A stretch of DNA of 61,995 nucleotides, the filler included, from Catajapyx aquilonaris (Eukaryota): the NCBI GenBank assembly GCA_000934665.2. It is 3 parts of 3 records of this genome, joined end to end, with 100 filler letters (N's around TTAATTAATTAA, not from the genome) between each part and the next. Parts side by side here need not be neighbours in the genome. Positions count along the whole stretch, not along the records: positions 1 to 20,737 come from KZ539502.1; 2 more parts are not named here. One strand, written 5' to 3'. Of the stretch, positions 1 through 15,000 are shown piece after piece. Each line of letters starts with the position of its first letter. Positions within the stretch are counted from its first letter, which is position 1. The notes below the pieces were generated by a model that saw only the letters and a list, made by a program, of their open reading frames with translations, ran no database searches and was not told the origin of the DNA. Made by a program: the position numbers and the translations under genes.

Positions 1-3000
1 GAAGGTTTGGTGTACGGTCTGGCCTGGGCTGTGTGTTGGGGGGTGAGATGGGGGGAGAGTTGGGCACTTATTGATTGGAAATGGGCTTCCCCCATTCCCC
101 TTGTTTGCCGTCGGAGAGAAGGACTCCCAAGAAGCCCTGGAATCCCCCCCCCCTTCTCTCTCCAGCACACTTCTCGGTGTTTTCAGGGGGGGAGCCTGCG
201 AGATGACCAGCCCAAGGCGTCGTCGGCGCCACTCCAACTTTCTTTCTTCCAAGGGGTGTCCATCCGACAGTTAGGTGCGTATGTGGCCACTATTGTTGAC
301 ACACACAAAAAATTAAATAGTTTTACGAAAAAAATGACCAGATGACAGTTTTAGCTTGTACCCATGCCATAATCGCTGCCTGTAAGACGCGTGCCAGGTT
401 CTGTCTGAGGCAGACGTTTGGCCAGTCCTGAATGTGCATGAGGAAGGCGCCGAGAGAGAGAGAGGGAGAGAGGTGGGCAAGCAAGCAAGCAGGCAGGCAG
501 GAGGTTTTCATAGCGGCGGTAAACCAGCGAGCAAATTGCATTACATGGACCGTAGGACGGATCCTCCCCGGCGGTGATGTGTGCTTGTGGAGTGGCACTC
601 CAGCCCATTGGCGCCCTTTGGCCCCCTCCTTTCCTTCTCGGCCTCTTAAACGCTTCCCCCTTCCCTCCTCTGCCTTGCTCCTGCATGGCCACCTCTGCTA
701 ATCTGCAGTTTCTTGCGACCTTGTGTAGTGGCCTACCCCTTGGCCACCTCTCTTCATAGCCACCGTTTAGGAGAGCATGGTGGAAAACGGAACCTATGTC
801 GCGTGTTTGAAGACTTACTTGTAGGGAGAAAATAACGTCGATTAAATATGTTTTTGACATAAAAATTACGTTTAATTAGTGGAAACCCATCGATGATAAT
901 ATTGATCATAAAATATTATAGGTTGTCGATCTTTCTACATATGGCTTTAGGAACATCAGTATACAAAGTGTAGAGTGTGCCCCTGTATATTAGGTTTCCC
1001 GCTGTTCAAGGAAGCCACTTGGGAAGCCCTTAACAGTCAGGGTAACCTCTACTGCATCATGTGTAGGACCATTTACTGTTTCCTATACACATAAATTATG
1101 CATTCATTGTTAATGACAACATTATGTAATAATCACAAGTTTCAAACTAAGTCACCATTAGAAACTTTTTAGAAAGCGGATCACCGGTGAGACACTGGCG
1201 TTCACCACAGTGATTGACTTTGGTTGGTCTCCCTCCCCCACACTATTTAAATTTTTTCTAACCCCCTGGAGCCACCCCCCCCCCCAAAAAAAAGCCGAGA
1301 GGGGGGAATAAAAATCCTCGCTTTTGCTCGTGCTGCTTCTTGGGGGGCGGTGCATAATATCTATCCTGGAGGCGTTTGCCAAGTACACCATTAGGGTTGC
1401 AAATTATCGACGGGAAGGATACAGGTAGCCAATACTCCACGGGACTTCATTAGCTTGTAAGTCAATATATTGAGCAGAAGTGAACTGAGGCCTTTCGGGG
1501 CCCGCAATTTGAAGGCTTGCTTACTTCGGACTTGCTTCGCCTTTTCCTTCCTTCCCCCTTTTCCTTTACCTTCTTCTTCTTTTGCTCTTCTACTCCCTTC
1601 GCTTCTTCTTCTTCTTCTTCTTCCCTACTGATTTGCCTCGCTTCCCTTCCTATCGACATGCTCCAAATTGCAGTATTTGGCCATCCACACGGCATCCTTT
1701 TAATTGCTTTCCGGAGCCTGGCGTCTCTGAGTCGTTGCTTTTTCACAATAACGCAGCAGCATCTCTCCTTCCCTCCTTTTCTTTTCTCCCTCCCCCTCCA
1801 CCCCCGCCCTCCTCACCCACTCCTTTTCCTATGACATAATGCAAGTGGTGCAAGTGCTATTGACGTTCGGAAATGTTCAGATTTCATTACATCTCGGAAA
1901 GGGTGCATAAATTAGCCGCAATTATGGGGGTTCCAGCATGCTGCACCGATATGCACGCATGTTTCCAGCAGCATGTAGAAATACTTAGAATTTGTTACAT
2001 TAGTCATTGGAGCCAGTAATGTTTCTATGCATATCTGACACATTTAAAATATGCATACATTTTACTGGGTATTATGTAAGTTATTTAATAATGATGATCG
2101 GCCATATTTGAAAAGTACGTATGTAGCTATGCTGAGAGTTCATGAGTGTGCAATTTGATACGTTGAGTAGCGGCATCGGTACTTGGCTGCTGACGTCAAG
2201 AAAACCTACAGTTAAAAGCCAGTGACGTCAGCACCCAAGTTCCATTATTGGGACTGTAGGTGGGAAAATATTGACGCTTTTTGTACACATCTGCGTAAAA
2301 GAGCTCCCCACGCATTAATGCAGTAAGTAAATTAAAATTGATATAAATACGAAGATCTGAAATACAGAACGATCAGAGTCACATTTTGATAAATAATTCG
2401 TTCCATAAATTTGATTGTCCGTGAAGAATTGTCACGAAAATGTGACATTATAACGAACTTCAACTTCACGTGTTATTTTTCAGCCGGTGCTAATGGACGC
2501 TGTGCACTTTATCCTCTCCTACTACTTGCTTGACGTAAATTATTCTCACTCTTCGGGAGCCTCCCGCAACTTTTTCCGCCTAACAGAAACAAGCCTGTCC
2601 TTACCATTATTTCGAAAGTGGACACGAGGTCCAGTTAGGCGCACGTTAGGTTTGATACGGTGCCTCGCCCTGTAGTTAGCTGCTTAGGCTTTTAAGCACT
2701 AAGTCTTGATTAGGCCAGGGTTAGACACGAGCCTGGCAAGTCCCTTGCGAGAGGCTGCAGCATTTTGGGGCCTCCACCCCCTCCTTCCCTCCCTCCCTAC
2801 CTCCCTCCCCCACCCAACCCTCCCTCCCCGCTTCTCCCCAGAAGCTCCAATGACCCCAACTCGCGCCAGCTAATAAAGGCCCTCCGGCTTTTATTCCCCG
2901 GCGGGTTCACCACTCTTCCTCCATCTCCAAGCCCGCCGGTGCAACCTCTCCCTCCCTCTCCCTACCATCCCCCCCCCCTCTTCGCCGGGCTCGTAATCAC

Positions 3001-6000
3001 CATTTGTGAGAAAAACGCCCTCAACTTAATGAACGTTAGGAAAATTCATCGCAAATACTGAGGGGCCCGCTATTAGGGCTCGTAATTCCGGGCACAGCTT
3101 TGAGACCCCAGCCCAATGCAGCTTCCGCTACCTTTCTCCCCACACAGAGAGAGGAGGAGGAGGAGGAGGAGGGAAAGAGCTTTTGAGGCCAAAGGGGAGA
3201 AGGAGGTAAGGCTCTAGTGGGAACATGTTATACTGGCTAATAACCAGATTTGGAATGAACCTATCGACAACATGTCTCCAAACCATCCACGATGCTTGTT
3301 TATTGTATGAAAATACATTTTTTTGTTTGAAAAAAATGGGGAAAAAATGGAGCGGAAAAATAGCGAGTGAGTAATAAAATTAGGGATTCGAGAATTACGA
3401 GAATACAAGGTAGAGTTGAAACTTTGGGAACATTTCTCTTAATTCCCCTGAAGGCCAATGCAGTGGGCCCAACGACTGAAACGCGTGACGTCTCTCCGGA
3501 GAAAGCATGACCTGCCTCACTTCACACTTTTTTTTCCAGGGTTTCAAACTCAAGTATGGAACGAACCGGGAGGGGAAAAAATGTCATTATACAGTGGGCT
3601 CCGGGTACGTCACTTCAATTACTGCACGATGCGGGACGTGGATGTTAATTATGCACCCTGATATTTTTTTGAAAGTACGCACTAAAATGAGCCTGATTGT
3701 GACGTGAAGGTAGTAGTTGTGGGCGCATTCATTAATATACCGTACTTTTGAACTGCTGCTCTATGCAAGGTGTCTTGTAATTGTGGGGTTTGACCTCAGG
3801 TCATCCCTCTGACCCCGCAAGGTCATTCAGGGTCCAATAATACAGCTGGTACGGAGCAACCTAGACCGGCCCGAAGCCGGACCAAAGCACGACTAAATCA
3901 AACAAAAGAGCTCCCCCCAGATTCCCCACTCCCAAGTGGCTCCAGACGCTACTGCCATCTAGTAAGGAACGTCATACAATATAGAAAATTGTGATTGTGC
4001 TCACACGTTTAGAGGACATTTCACCAATTCTTAGGGCCAATATTCATCTTAAGGTTTCACAGGTAACTTCAGTTGATAGGGTCTTTTCTATACAGTGGAA
4101 ACTTGACCTTGTATGGAAATTCTAAATTACTAGTGAGTATAGTTGAAAGAGTAAGGCTTAGTAAAGAATGCAGAAATTCCAATGATGGCAACTAGTAACT
4201 GGGAGCGCATATTCCTTATGCTTGGCTAATCCTGCTAAACATGGCCCCACAATGCATAATTTACTGTTTCACAAATTTTCCTAAAGGACTCCCCCCATTC
4301 GAAATCCCCCCTTGGTTTCATACATTTTGAAGCAAGTTTGGAGAAAGGTCCACGATTCTCCAGATTTTTGGCCCTCTCACTCCTTCAGGCCATTGCGTCC
4401 CCTCTTAGGCCTACTAGGTGCCTAGTAGATAGTGTTAATTGGCGGGCAGCAGAAGTAGGCCTTTTTCGCCAAGTAGCTGCATCAAAGACAAGGCCTGCAT
4501 TGCAACCGGGTGGCCGGAATTGCAGGGTGGGAGGGGGGGGGGAGAAAGGAAGGAGAAGGAGTGTGGGTGGGTGGGTGGAAGGCAGAGGGGGGGGCGCTCA
4601 TCAGCGGCAGCCGAAAGTGGCAGAAAAGCCGATATTCTGGCTGGCTGCGCTTCTTGCCTAATTAGCCACCCCCTCCGCTTTGAATGGGGTCTGGAGGCGC
4701 ACAGCCAAAGGCTGCGAGAGAAAGGAACGCCGGCTAGGCTTGGCTTGGCTCGGCTTGGGCTAAAACCCAGCTCCTACCACCTCGCACACCTATATACATA
4801 CTCAGCAGCTCAAGACAGATATTCCAGTGCTGCGCCAAGGATTCCTTAGATCCAAACCCCACCTTACGATGTCGAAGGAGAAAATCTGGACTCGCGAGGT
4901 AAAATAACTAGCCAGGAGAATGAGATATTCTGGGCCAAGGTGGTCTGTCCGGCAAGTGTTTTGAGAAATAATTGGCAATTTGCTATTTTCCCAGTCGGGT
5001 TGTGTCATAGAAAGTGGTGGACTTCAGGGATGTGTTTGTTGCATTGCATTGAATGGGATGATGTAATGGCCTTGCATCATACCGGGGGCTATTGTTAAGA
5101 ATTAGTTCAAGCGGAGTTAGTTAGCCGTGAACTTTGCAGGATATTGCTTGAGAACGGGTTCTAAACCAGGCACGTGTAGGTAGTGGCTGCAATAATTGAT
5201 TTATTGGTCTGGTGTGATCAGCAAGGGCACTACAATAAAGGCAACAAACTAAATTCCTGAAGGATGTGCATAAAATGGGTACAAGTTTATCACCCATGAT
5301 CTAAATACTATTTTGTTTTTCGGATCATCACCTATACATGCAACGTTGTCACTAGCTTCTCTGTCTCACAATCCTGGACAGACGAGAGAATTACTAAGCC
5401 TACATACTGTACATGAATAGTTAAAGTTAATTGCAATATATTCCACCACTTCATAATGCGAAGTAACTTCTGGTGAGTCATGCCGCCAGTATATTCCATT
5501 GCTTTTAGTAATGAGTAACCTGCACTAAATCCAGGCATACACCTGCAATGTCAACTTGGACTGTACACGAGCATGGCTAATGAATAGCATATTATATGGC
5601 ACAAATGATATTGAGGCTGCTACAGTTCACGCACAAGCCTTACGCGCATTTCCACCGTTAAATCTCCGAAAAAGGTATTCAGCAATCGGAGGCTTGTCCC
5701 GCAGCGAAATAACGATGAAGCTTACTTACTGTAAAGATGTACAGTCGCCAGAAGACATTTCTTGTCAGGGACTAGCTCACATCTCTCAAGAACATCCGCG
5801 TATCATGCCCTTTTCCCCCTCGGGACGAGTTTTGTAACAAGAAATAATTTGTGTCTGCCTCTGCCGTCTTTACGTCCCGAGGAATTATAGTGGCAGGGAT
5901 GCTTTCACAACCAGCAGGCAGGCAGCAAGTGTGTGCTTATTCCAAGGGAAGAAGCGGAAACACCAGCAACACTCCCCCCCCCCTCTCTCCCCTGAAAACA

Positions 6001-9000
6001 AAGCAAGTGGAGAAAAGTGACTTGGCTTTTGGGCTTGGAGGAACCTCAGAACAGACAATTCTAATGAGGCGCAGCAAGCAGGCTTAGAGAGTGGCAGCTG
6101 AAGGAGTTATCCCAGGCCGGACACGAAGTTCCGCACTAGCCTTCGTTTCCATACATTTGCATGTTGCTGCCGGACACGGGGGTTAAGTGCGGCCCCTGGG
6201 CCGATTAAGGAGCAAGGGGCAGGGCTAACACCCTCTAGAGTATTTCTCTTTTTTTCCTTTTTTTTTATTCCGGCAGACTGGGCTGGTCCAGACGACGCAT
6301 CCCGTGGATACCGGTTATGTCGTTAAGGCTTGAGGGAGGAGAAGGAGTGGCTGCTGTTGCCTGGAGATCAATGGACAAACAAGCAATTTGGTTACTTCCG
6401 CTTCACCTTTGTTGGCCCCTGGCTCATTTCCGGCTCCGCGTGCTGCTACTCACTTCTCCTGAAATCGGGACTTTCTTCTTCTTCCCACTCGTCTTCGTAA
6501 CCTTAGTGACCGGTCAAAAGAAGACCATCAGATGCAGCTACACGGAATACGGTCGATCTACAGAATTACGTGATGCATTGTACAGGGTGATGCTTATTTG
6601 CTCCATGTCGTCTATGAAAAATAATTGCCAATTTGCTATATTTAAGTTGTGCTAATTTTGTTCTTAAAATTGACCCAGCTGACTTGTGAGAGTGAATACC
6701 TGTGAAATCCTGTTAAAAATAATAATTGATGAAACTGGGGCAAGTTGCGGTTAGGTTAGAAACGTGCGGATTTACAAGTATCAATAAATCTCTTCGCTTA
6801 ATGAAACATGGGCGTTTTGCTAAACGCCCCGTTGCTATGTAAATGGCCGAATTTTGCATAATGATTTGGAAAGGAGCGGGCTTTAATACCATTGCTATCG
6901 GATTAAGAGACGTTTCATCTTCCGTTGGGGAAGAGAAGGCCGAGTCCTGCAAAAAGTCAAAAGACGAGTTGAGGGCAAGGCAGGGATTGGGTACCAATGC
7001 AACGGGATCCGGAAGAAAACGCCATTATTGGACCCCAAAGAGCATTCTGCTTCCGTTCTCTCCTGGCTGTAATTACCGACCGACTTGACCCCCTTTTTTT
7101 CTCTCTTTCTCTTTCTACCCGATGGTGCTAAGTGGCCCAGGTGGCTGAGCCCATCAGGAAACCTAGTTCCTTCTAGGTCATTGCCTGGCCTTTCATTGGA
7201 GGTTAATCAAGGTGGCGATCAATCACCTCAGCGGACGAACCTCTAGGGCAGGCCTTGATTTTCGAATCATGTCGCTTTCGATTACGTCACTGGTCATATT
7301 GGCAAAGAAATAATTTGCAGTTGTGACGTCACATTTTTTTTTTGCATCCGCTGTTTTGACAGATCACCAAATGAAACTGGACCCCCGTCTAGATGCTTGT
7401 TAATATTATTGTAATTATTAGTGGGAGGCGTATTATTAGCAGGAGACTGCCAACGGAAGTTTAATTAGGTGGGCGGTAATTAATGGAGTAGGATGGAGAA
7501 AGCCGTCGTGACACTCATTGATTGATAGGGATTATGGGGAGCAACTTCGTAGCTGCTGCCACCCCAAAAGCGTCAGCCTATATGTCGTGAAGGATTTCCC
7601 CCCTCCCCCACCCCTTACTCTAAGTGTTAAAGAAAAACCCGGAGAGAAAATATTGAGGGCGTGTGTGTGACCCTCTGTCAAAAACCCGGGGCACGCTGAC
7701 AAATGCGGAATTTGCATTTAAATAGGGACATTTCCATCTGCGATGCACGATGTTAAACATCGCATTATTTAAATTGCAAAAATGGAGGCTGGGTGGTATA
7801 CTTGGCGCTTCTCAAATACGCATCATCAGGCCTAGCTGGCTCGGACCTCGCGGGCGAATATAAAAAAAACTGGTAGAAAAGAAGGCAAAAGTTGAACGAA
7901 AAGTTGAAAGGGTCGCGACAATGACATTTTGCACTTTCTGAGTGGGTGACATGAACTTGCTGCGTAATATGATTAATTATTTTTTTAAAGCATGTAATGT
8001 GATTATTCGATCGCGGTTTTAGCAGTTAGTCCGTATGTGTTGCGATTGATGGAGACTGAGGCAGATAGATGGGTCTTGGCAAAGCAGGAAAAGGCTTAGG
8101 ATTAGTTGGCATGAAGAGGGCCTTGATGTTTCTCCTTAACATAACGGATGACCGGCAGTGTTTCAGTCTGCAAGCAAGCGTGGAATTGGAGCCGGTTTGG
8201 AGGGGTTATGATAAGGAAGGTGAAATCCATCCCTGGACCTCTGCCCATCTCAGAGAAAGACTGCTGTTTTTTTTCTCATCCTTGAAAGACATTTTTATTA
8301 CAATCTTGACGAATCAACCGCTAATTATTTCTAGCGTAGTCTTTATTTAGGACCAGTCTATTTCAACCTCCTAGAGACTACACTTGGCTCAATCTTTTCT
8401 CTGCCCATCTCCACTTCTTTTTTTTTATCAACTCCTCTTCCGACACAAACTAGCTGCACTTCCTCACATTCCTGCCTTCTCTGTTTCTGAGGGAAAACCA
8501 ATTTGCTTTCTAGTCGAGGAGGCAAAGGGACGAGGAGCAGTTGCCATTGTCGCCAGGGTGTGGAGTGGAGGCTTGAAGGAAGGAGGGGTTTGGAGTAGGA
8601 GGAGGAGGGGTGTGTGTTAGTGGAGACCCAAGAGAGAGAATCTAAGGAAGAACCGTTGGGGGAAACGAGCCATAGATTTTTCATAAGAATGGTGCTCCGT
8701 GTTAGAATCGGGGAAAGAGGAGTTTTCTCCGGCGGCGAGAAGGCAGCCCCCCGATCGGACCCCCAGATTGGCCCTCCACTATTGAAAGGAAGGGGGTTTT
8801 GCAGAGCGATAGCGTGTGCCTAAGACCGCATTTCCACATCCAACCAAAGGGGAAAGAAAAAAAAGGAGGTGAGAGGGGGCGAGGAGGGAAAAAAAACTGC
8901 GTCAACGTACAGTAGGAAGACCGTAAAACACGTTGTTTGAGCCCTTATGTGTCCGTCACTCGCTTTTTATTGGGAGGTTGTTTCATTTTGGTTCAAAGGG

Positions 9001-12000
9001 CTCGGTTGTCTTTACAAATTACAGTACGTAAACTTAAAGGGAGTTTATATGTGAGGTGTGTAAAATTCGTTGCTGTTATTTGTTGTTTCTGAGTTAGAAA
9101 TTGAAGTTATTATTATAATATATTTATGGCAGTGATTGGTTATTTCACTAATTCATGACATAGTCACTGATGATTTTGTCAATTCAACTATTCAATTAAT
9201 AAATCTACATGCACCAAAAATTAATATCGGTTTTTATTCGGTAAGTATGGCTACACACTTCAGTCAATTATAGCCCTACATATTATGAGGAAGTACTGAA
9301 TTTTCTCAAGACTAGTCGCACATACCTAGCCACATAACTGTACTGCTGAGCAATATTGATGAATTTTGATCTAAGGTAACAAGCCCCATAACTTCAAAAA
9401 ACGCAACTCTCTTCACCTTTTGATCCATAATATTTTTTGGCCCAATATTATTTTTATATTGAGTTTTAAAAGTTACGAGAACTGTTCCTCGTCTGCCCTT
9501 TTTAACCGTAGTTCCAACGATGCCGGTAACCAGCTTTTTTCAACTAAATTACAGGCAGTTGGTAAAAATTCCCTGTAGACAGCACTAGCTAACTTTCGTA
9601 GGCGACTCTAGTACTGCATAGTTTTCAAGCATATTAGGCTCCATCCACACACGGTGACTAACTAAAAAAGTGCTATGAACGCACCCTCACCTTTTGACAT
9701 TTTCATCTATCCACCTCCATGCAGCAGGAGAATCTATGCTACCTACTCGTAGACTGCTCTTTTGGAGGCTCTATCACTCTGAGAGAAGCAAAGCGTGGTG
9801 GGGAGGATTTAAGCTGGGCCTGCTCTGCTTCTGAATGCTCTGCCACGCCGCAGTTATTAATTTGCAGTGATCCTTCAAAGGTACAGCAAGGTCCTCAAAC
9901 CCTTTTCTCTCCCCCCTCCCCTTTACTCCCTTCCTCCCTTCTCTCCACATCCCCTTCCAAAAAGGGCGCAATAATTGCTGCTTGTTTCTTCCAGGCATTA
10001 CGAAAGTCATTAACAAACGGAAAGCTCCGACGTGGAAAGGAACCCGCGTTGCAGAGCCAATTAACGGTATTACGGCAGATAATGAGGTTCGTGGCCTTAT
10101 TAGGACAGTATTTGTTACCCCTGACTAAAAAGGATTTTTTTTAGAAAGATCGGACTTGGAGGGTGGTGGGGTGGGAGGTTGGGGAACCCCAGCAGCCTTC
10201 TGCTTCACCTTCAAGTTCTGACGTAAAATGAATCCAGGATTTCATGCTGTTCTGCTCACTGTACTGATTCTGTACCGACTCAGGCATCGTTACATCGTCC
10301 AAGAAAAATTCTGGTCGTACTTTTTTGTAGATGGCTGATGGCAAGTAGGGTGCCTGGTCCAGCAGTGGTGATAGCAGCAAATCATCCCTCTTGTCTTGTA
10401 AATGATGACAGCTTTGGAGAGGTCGATTGGGGAGATGGCGCGACGGATTGGTGACGTATTGGGCCAAGAGGGCGCTCAAATGGAAACACGCCATCATGAG
10501 GAGGGTTATCGGAAGTCCCTTATGCCTCCAGGCACTCAGCCTCGGACTGCATAGGAACGGATGGACGGGACCCATATCCTGCCGGAGGAGCTCTCTTGCC
10601 CCCCTCTAGACTTTTCCTTCTTTTGCTTCCTTCCGACAAGAAAGTGAAGAGACAAAAAAATGGGGACGCCACGCAATAGAGCTATACTGGGAAATGACAG
10701 CAGGAGCAAAACTGGATGGAGGTGCAAAAAAATATGGGGAAGGAAAAAACACGGATCAGCACCAATGGGGGAAGATTTATATAAGTTGATCCAGGATCTA
10801 TATTTGTGATCTTGCTCAAATGAAGCAGGGCTGACCTTAGTGGGGAGTAAGAGACAGAACCTGCGTCTCGAGCAGCCTAAGTGGTGACATAGTTAAAGGG
10901 GGGACTACGAGCCAAGTGGGGGAGCTTGTTCTTCAAGTTGTAAATGGAAGCTGTGAAAGAAAGAACAAGCCTCCCTCACACCCGTCGTCGTCTCTCCCTC
11001 CCTGTTTCTTTTTTTTTTTTTGCCAGTCTCTCTCTATTTTTATTCTGACTCTTTTCGGGCTTCCCTTCCAAGCCCTTTTTCGTCGCAGCCCAGCTCTCCG
11101 GCTCAATCTGGGCGTTTGCTCTTGTGATAAATCAGCCAATAAAGAGCCTGGGCCAGCATTGCTCCTGACAGCTTCTTCAGAAAGGGCGTGGCGAAGGAAA
11201 AACCTCTATGCAGCCTTCCACCTATTAGAGGTGCAAAGTCCATCAGCTGTGTGCACACACTGGCAATGCATGCCTTGGATCAGCCTATTTCGCATTAAGT
11301 GTGATAATTGGTGTAAATGTATTTTAAACAAATGCAATGTAGCTTATAAACATGTTGCTGAATTTAATTGCACATACGCTGAACCTTCATCTTTGACGAA
11401 CGCCAGTAGTTAAAGCTTGAATAGATCATAGAGCTGCTACATACACACAGCATTCCATAGCAGTAATTTCATTAGTACAAATAAATCTCCAACATGGTTA
11501 GATGTCTAAAAACAACCTGCTACATAAAGAAAGCAATTGACGAAGTGGAAAACCGCTGAAGCCTAGAAAGCAGATGTTATATTTACTACTGCGCTTTGTA
11601 CAGATCTAAAAATTATTACCGTCAGGGCAGTAATGACTAATTTCAAATGCCGTTTACCCGCAGGTTACGACGTAATTATTATTGCATTCATCTGCTGCCT
11701 CTGTGGAGCACCGCAATTTCTGCTCGCTAATTTAAACCGTACCCCAGTCTCATCAAAACAACACGTGGCATAATTATCAGGCGATTATGTAATGTGAGAT
11801 TGTAGGCGTGGGTATACCATTGTCGCCGGTTTGACGTCGTTTTGTCACGTTTTTTTCATGCTAAAAGTGCGTCGCGACTTTTTTTGTGCGTTTACCGCGT
11901 CAATTAGGAAACTCAGCAATGAAAGAACAAGCCTTTTCTCTGACATCGAATTTTCGAAAATTAAAACTTGGCTCTCTCTGAATGCCTGGTGGCCTAATGA

Positions 12001-15000
12001 TCTGTGGCAGCAGAATAACAAGACTTGTGCGACTTCAGAAATCTGTGCTAAACTACCTTTTGGTTTTGTCTGAAAACACGGTAATGATGAGGTGAAGCTT
12101 CGGGGTGAATTGTCATGCTTTTACTCAGCCATCCACCATTATCTACTCGACTCTCAAATAGTCATAATATTGAGATAAAATCGCACGAGTATTCCAGTAG
12201 GCTACTCATGTAATAGCTGGGGTTGATTGGTGAATCCCAACCACTAGAAGCTAGCAGTTGGACATCCCTACGTTTCTTCTTGTTCTCCCTTGCCTTCTTC
12301 ATCATCCGAGTCGTCGTCTGCAGTGTCTTCCTTTTCCTCCTTCCGGAAAAGCTGGTGCCTCCAGCACCTTTTCTCCTTTCCACCCAGTGGCGGCTTTGTC
12401 AATTTGCGAAGCTCTATCTCATTCCCACACGATAATTAGTAAGCCCATCTGAGGAAGAGGCTTCCTTGTCTGACCTGCATCTCAAATCAGGTCGAAGCCC
12501 TTCCTTTTATACAAGCGGCGGGCGGAGGTCTCGCGAGAAATCAAAAATTTAAATTGCATTAGGAAGCCAGCCACAATGGAAGGTTAAACAAATCAAGTAA
12601 TTAGAGTGGGATGCGTCCTACACGCAGGGCCGGCCTCCCGACGGCCGAGATGGGAAAAACACCAAGCCTCATCAATTCCACCAGAGACCACCGGTGACTC
12701 TTATCAGGCGCCAGGGCCCCCCAATTTCCCTCTCTCGCTACCTATCTACCCTCACCCTACCTCCCCTCGCGGCTCTTCTGCCAGCCCATTCCTCTCTAAC
12801 TCCACAAAAAAAAGAGTCTGATGCTCTTTTTGCTCGTTTGACAACACTGGACTGACATGCTGGGCAAATTTGTTAATTTTGCTGGTAGATGGCAGTGACG
12901 TCGTGCGTGACGTCAGCTCCCTGCTCGGTGGCTGGACAAGGAAAGTTGATGTCTTTCCTGAATATTTATAATTTTAAAAACGCACGATTTTCCCATGACT
13001 TCAAACACCAAAAGGCACATGTAACAATAACGTTCGGTTGGTAAAAAGAAGTGGCCATAATACGGCGATTGTCCGCTACTGATGCCTTGTTTATGTGACC
13101 GTCATCATTTATAATGGCTGACATGAAACGGTCTAGTCTCTAATAGAGGGCAGATTTTGAATGGCTTACGTCATGGGACAAACTGAATAGAGCGGCGAGA
13201 GGGTAGAGTGTAGCGTAGGGAGAAGCGTGCTACTCAAACGTGAAACCTCAAGGGGCTAACTTGCACCGACTCCCTTTGCGGGTAAGTTAGCCTGTCAGTT
13301 ACGAATTTTTACTAAAAAATTGTACAACGGCGTAGTTGTGTCCTGATAATACCTGCTGGAGAAAAATAATGGCAAAATTCGCTAAAATTGTTGCCGTTCG
13401 AACATCCTGTAAAGTGACATGTTCACATCAATTACGTTTGTCTGAAGAACATAAAGATGTAATTCTTGAATGTAATCGGTGGAGTAATGGGCAGAATAAA
13501 TAAGGTCGATATATTCCGGAGCCAGATACGTAGTATATAGTGCAGTGCAGATACAGGGATGGATGAGGCAGCTAGCTAGGGCCTTCCGTATCTCGCCCAG
13601 ATGCTGTATAGTCCCAGCAGGACAATTCGAAGGAAACGCAACTTCATTACGACCTAAGGCACGTTGAGAATTGACTAATACTGTAGGCGGGAGCGCTTTT
13701 TCCCCGCACGTAATGGGCGAATCGAGGAATTTATTAATTGGAGCGCCTTTGTTTGGGCGAAGGTTGGGAGATGAGACGCCACTAATCCCACAATTGCAAT
13801 ATAGGAGAGGGGGAGATGCATCGATTTTTGTTGGATTCTGGGTGAAGACATGAAGATTACAATATCTGAGAATGTCCTTTGATTTGGCTTCAATGTGTGT
13901 GCCACTTTCTTCCTAATAGCCCAGAAATGAATTGTAAGGAGGGCACATTTTCTTTTAAGGTACTTGTGTGTGCAAAGTAATACACGAGGGGTGTTCACAC
14001 GAAGGAGGGAGTGGTGTAATAGCCTGCTGGGAATGGCGGTCTCCATTTTCGTGCCTTGTAGGGACCGCCCTTGGCAGCAATCCAGCCTTCCATGGACCCC
14101 GATTTTTTTTTCTTATTCTTCTTTACTGGAAAGAAGACTGGTGGAGCAAAGGAAAAAGGGTAGCTCCTCTTCACGGACCTCTGCCACACTGCCGGACACG
14201 ACGGCTTCTCCGACGCTTTTTCTCTCAGCCCTTTGCCTTAAAAGGACAGGCATTTCCCCCTTTATTTCCCTCTTCCGTATCATGGGGAAAGGATTCTTGG
14301 CTGGGACTCACTTGGGACCAATCCCTGTCCTTTTCTGTCTCGATGAGAGCTTTCCAGATTATTACTCAGCCTCCCGAAATGGCTACTGAATTGCACTAAC
14401 CCGCCTTAAGTGAAAGGCTAATTCCAATTTATTCCATTTGCTAAAACTGTTTTTATTTCCTTCCTGTTTCATGCGTTGTGGACTGCTGCTGCTGGACTGT
14501 GTCGAGTGTATAGCATCAGTGAAATGGATTATCTTTGTCGCAGATTAGAAAGTAGGGAGTGCGAAAACATGTAGGTTTCTCCCCAGCATTTTCTGGTTTG
14601 CCGTGGAAGTGGGTGTGCAAGTGCCCTGTTTACTCGCGGTTCGCAACGCTATTCCTTAGTTTTAGCACTAACTTGACTCAGGGTATACGTGGGGACCAAA
14701 CGTCTCCATCACGTTTGCCGCACTTCATTTAGAGCCCGAGCTGATTTGACTGCGCAGGGAAAGTACCTTACACTTCGCCTGGTCAGGTGTGTGCTGCATT
14801 AGATAATTGTTCTCATTGCGTTTGCGTATGAGCATGTGAGGTGAAATTCAAGTAGTATAACAGCTAATTGATATTTATAATAACATTTCATGCTTATAGA
14901 AACGCCTGAACTAGGTATAGATGTAATTGACAAATATGTTACCACTACTGGCAGCAGTTTTCTTTCAGTTGTTTTTTATAGTGTACAGCTCAAAACTGAA

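Noticed and set aside
2625..2725. Scattered TTAGG words as interstitial telomeric repeat
   Set aside because: They are not tandem and too few to distinguish from chance.
10141..10575. 144-aa minus-strand ORF and an overlapping 50-aa plus-strand ORF
   Set aside because: No recognisable domain or convincing splice context; the length is compatible with chance.
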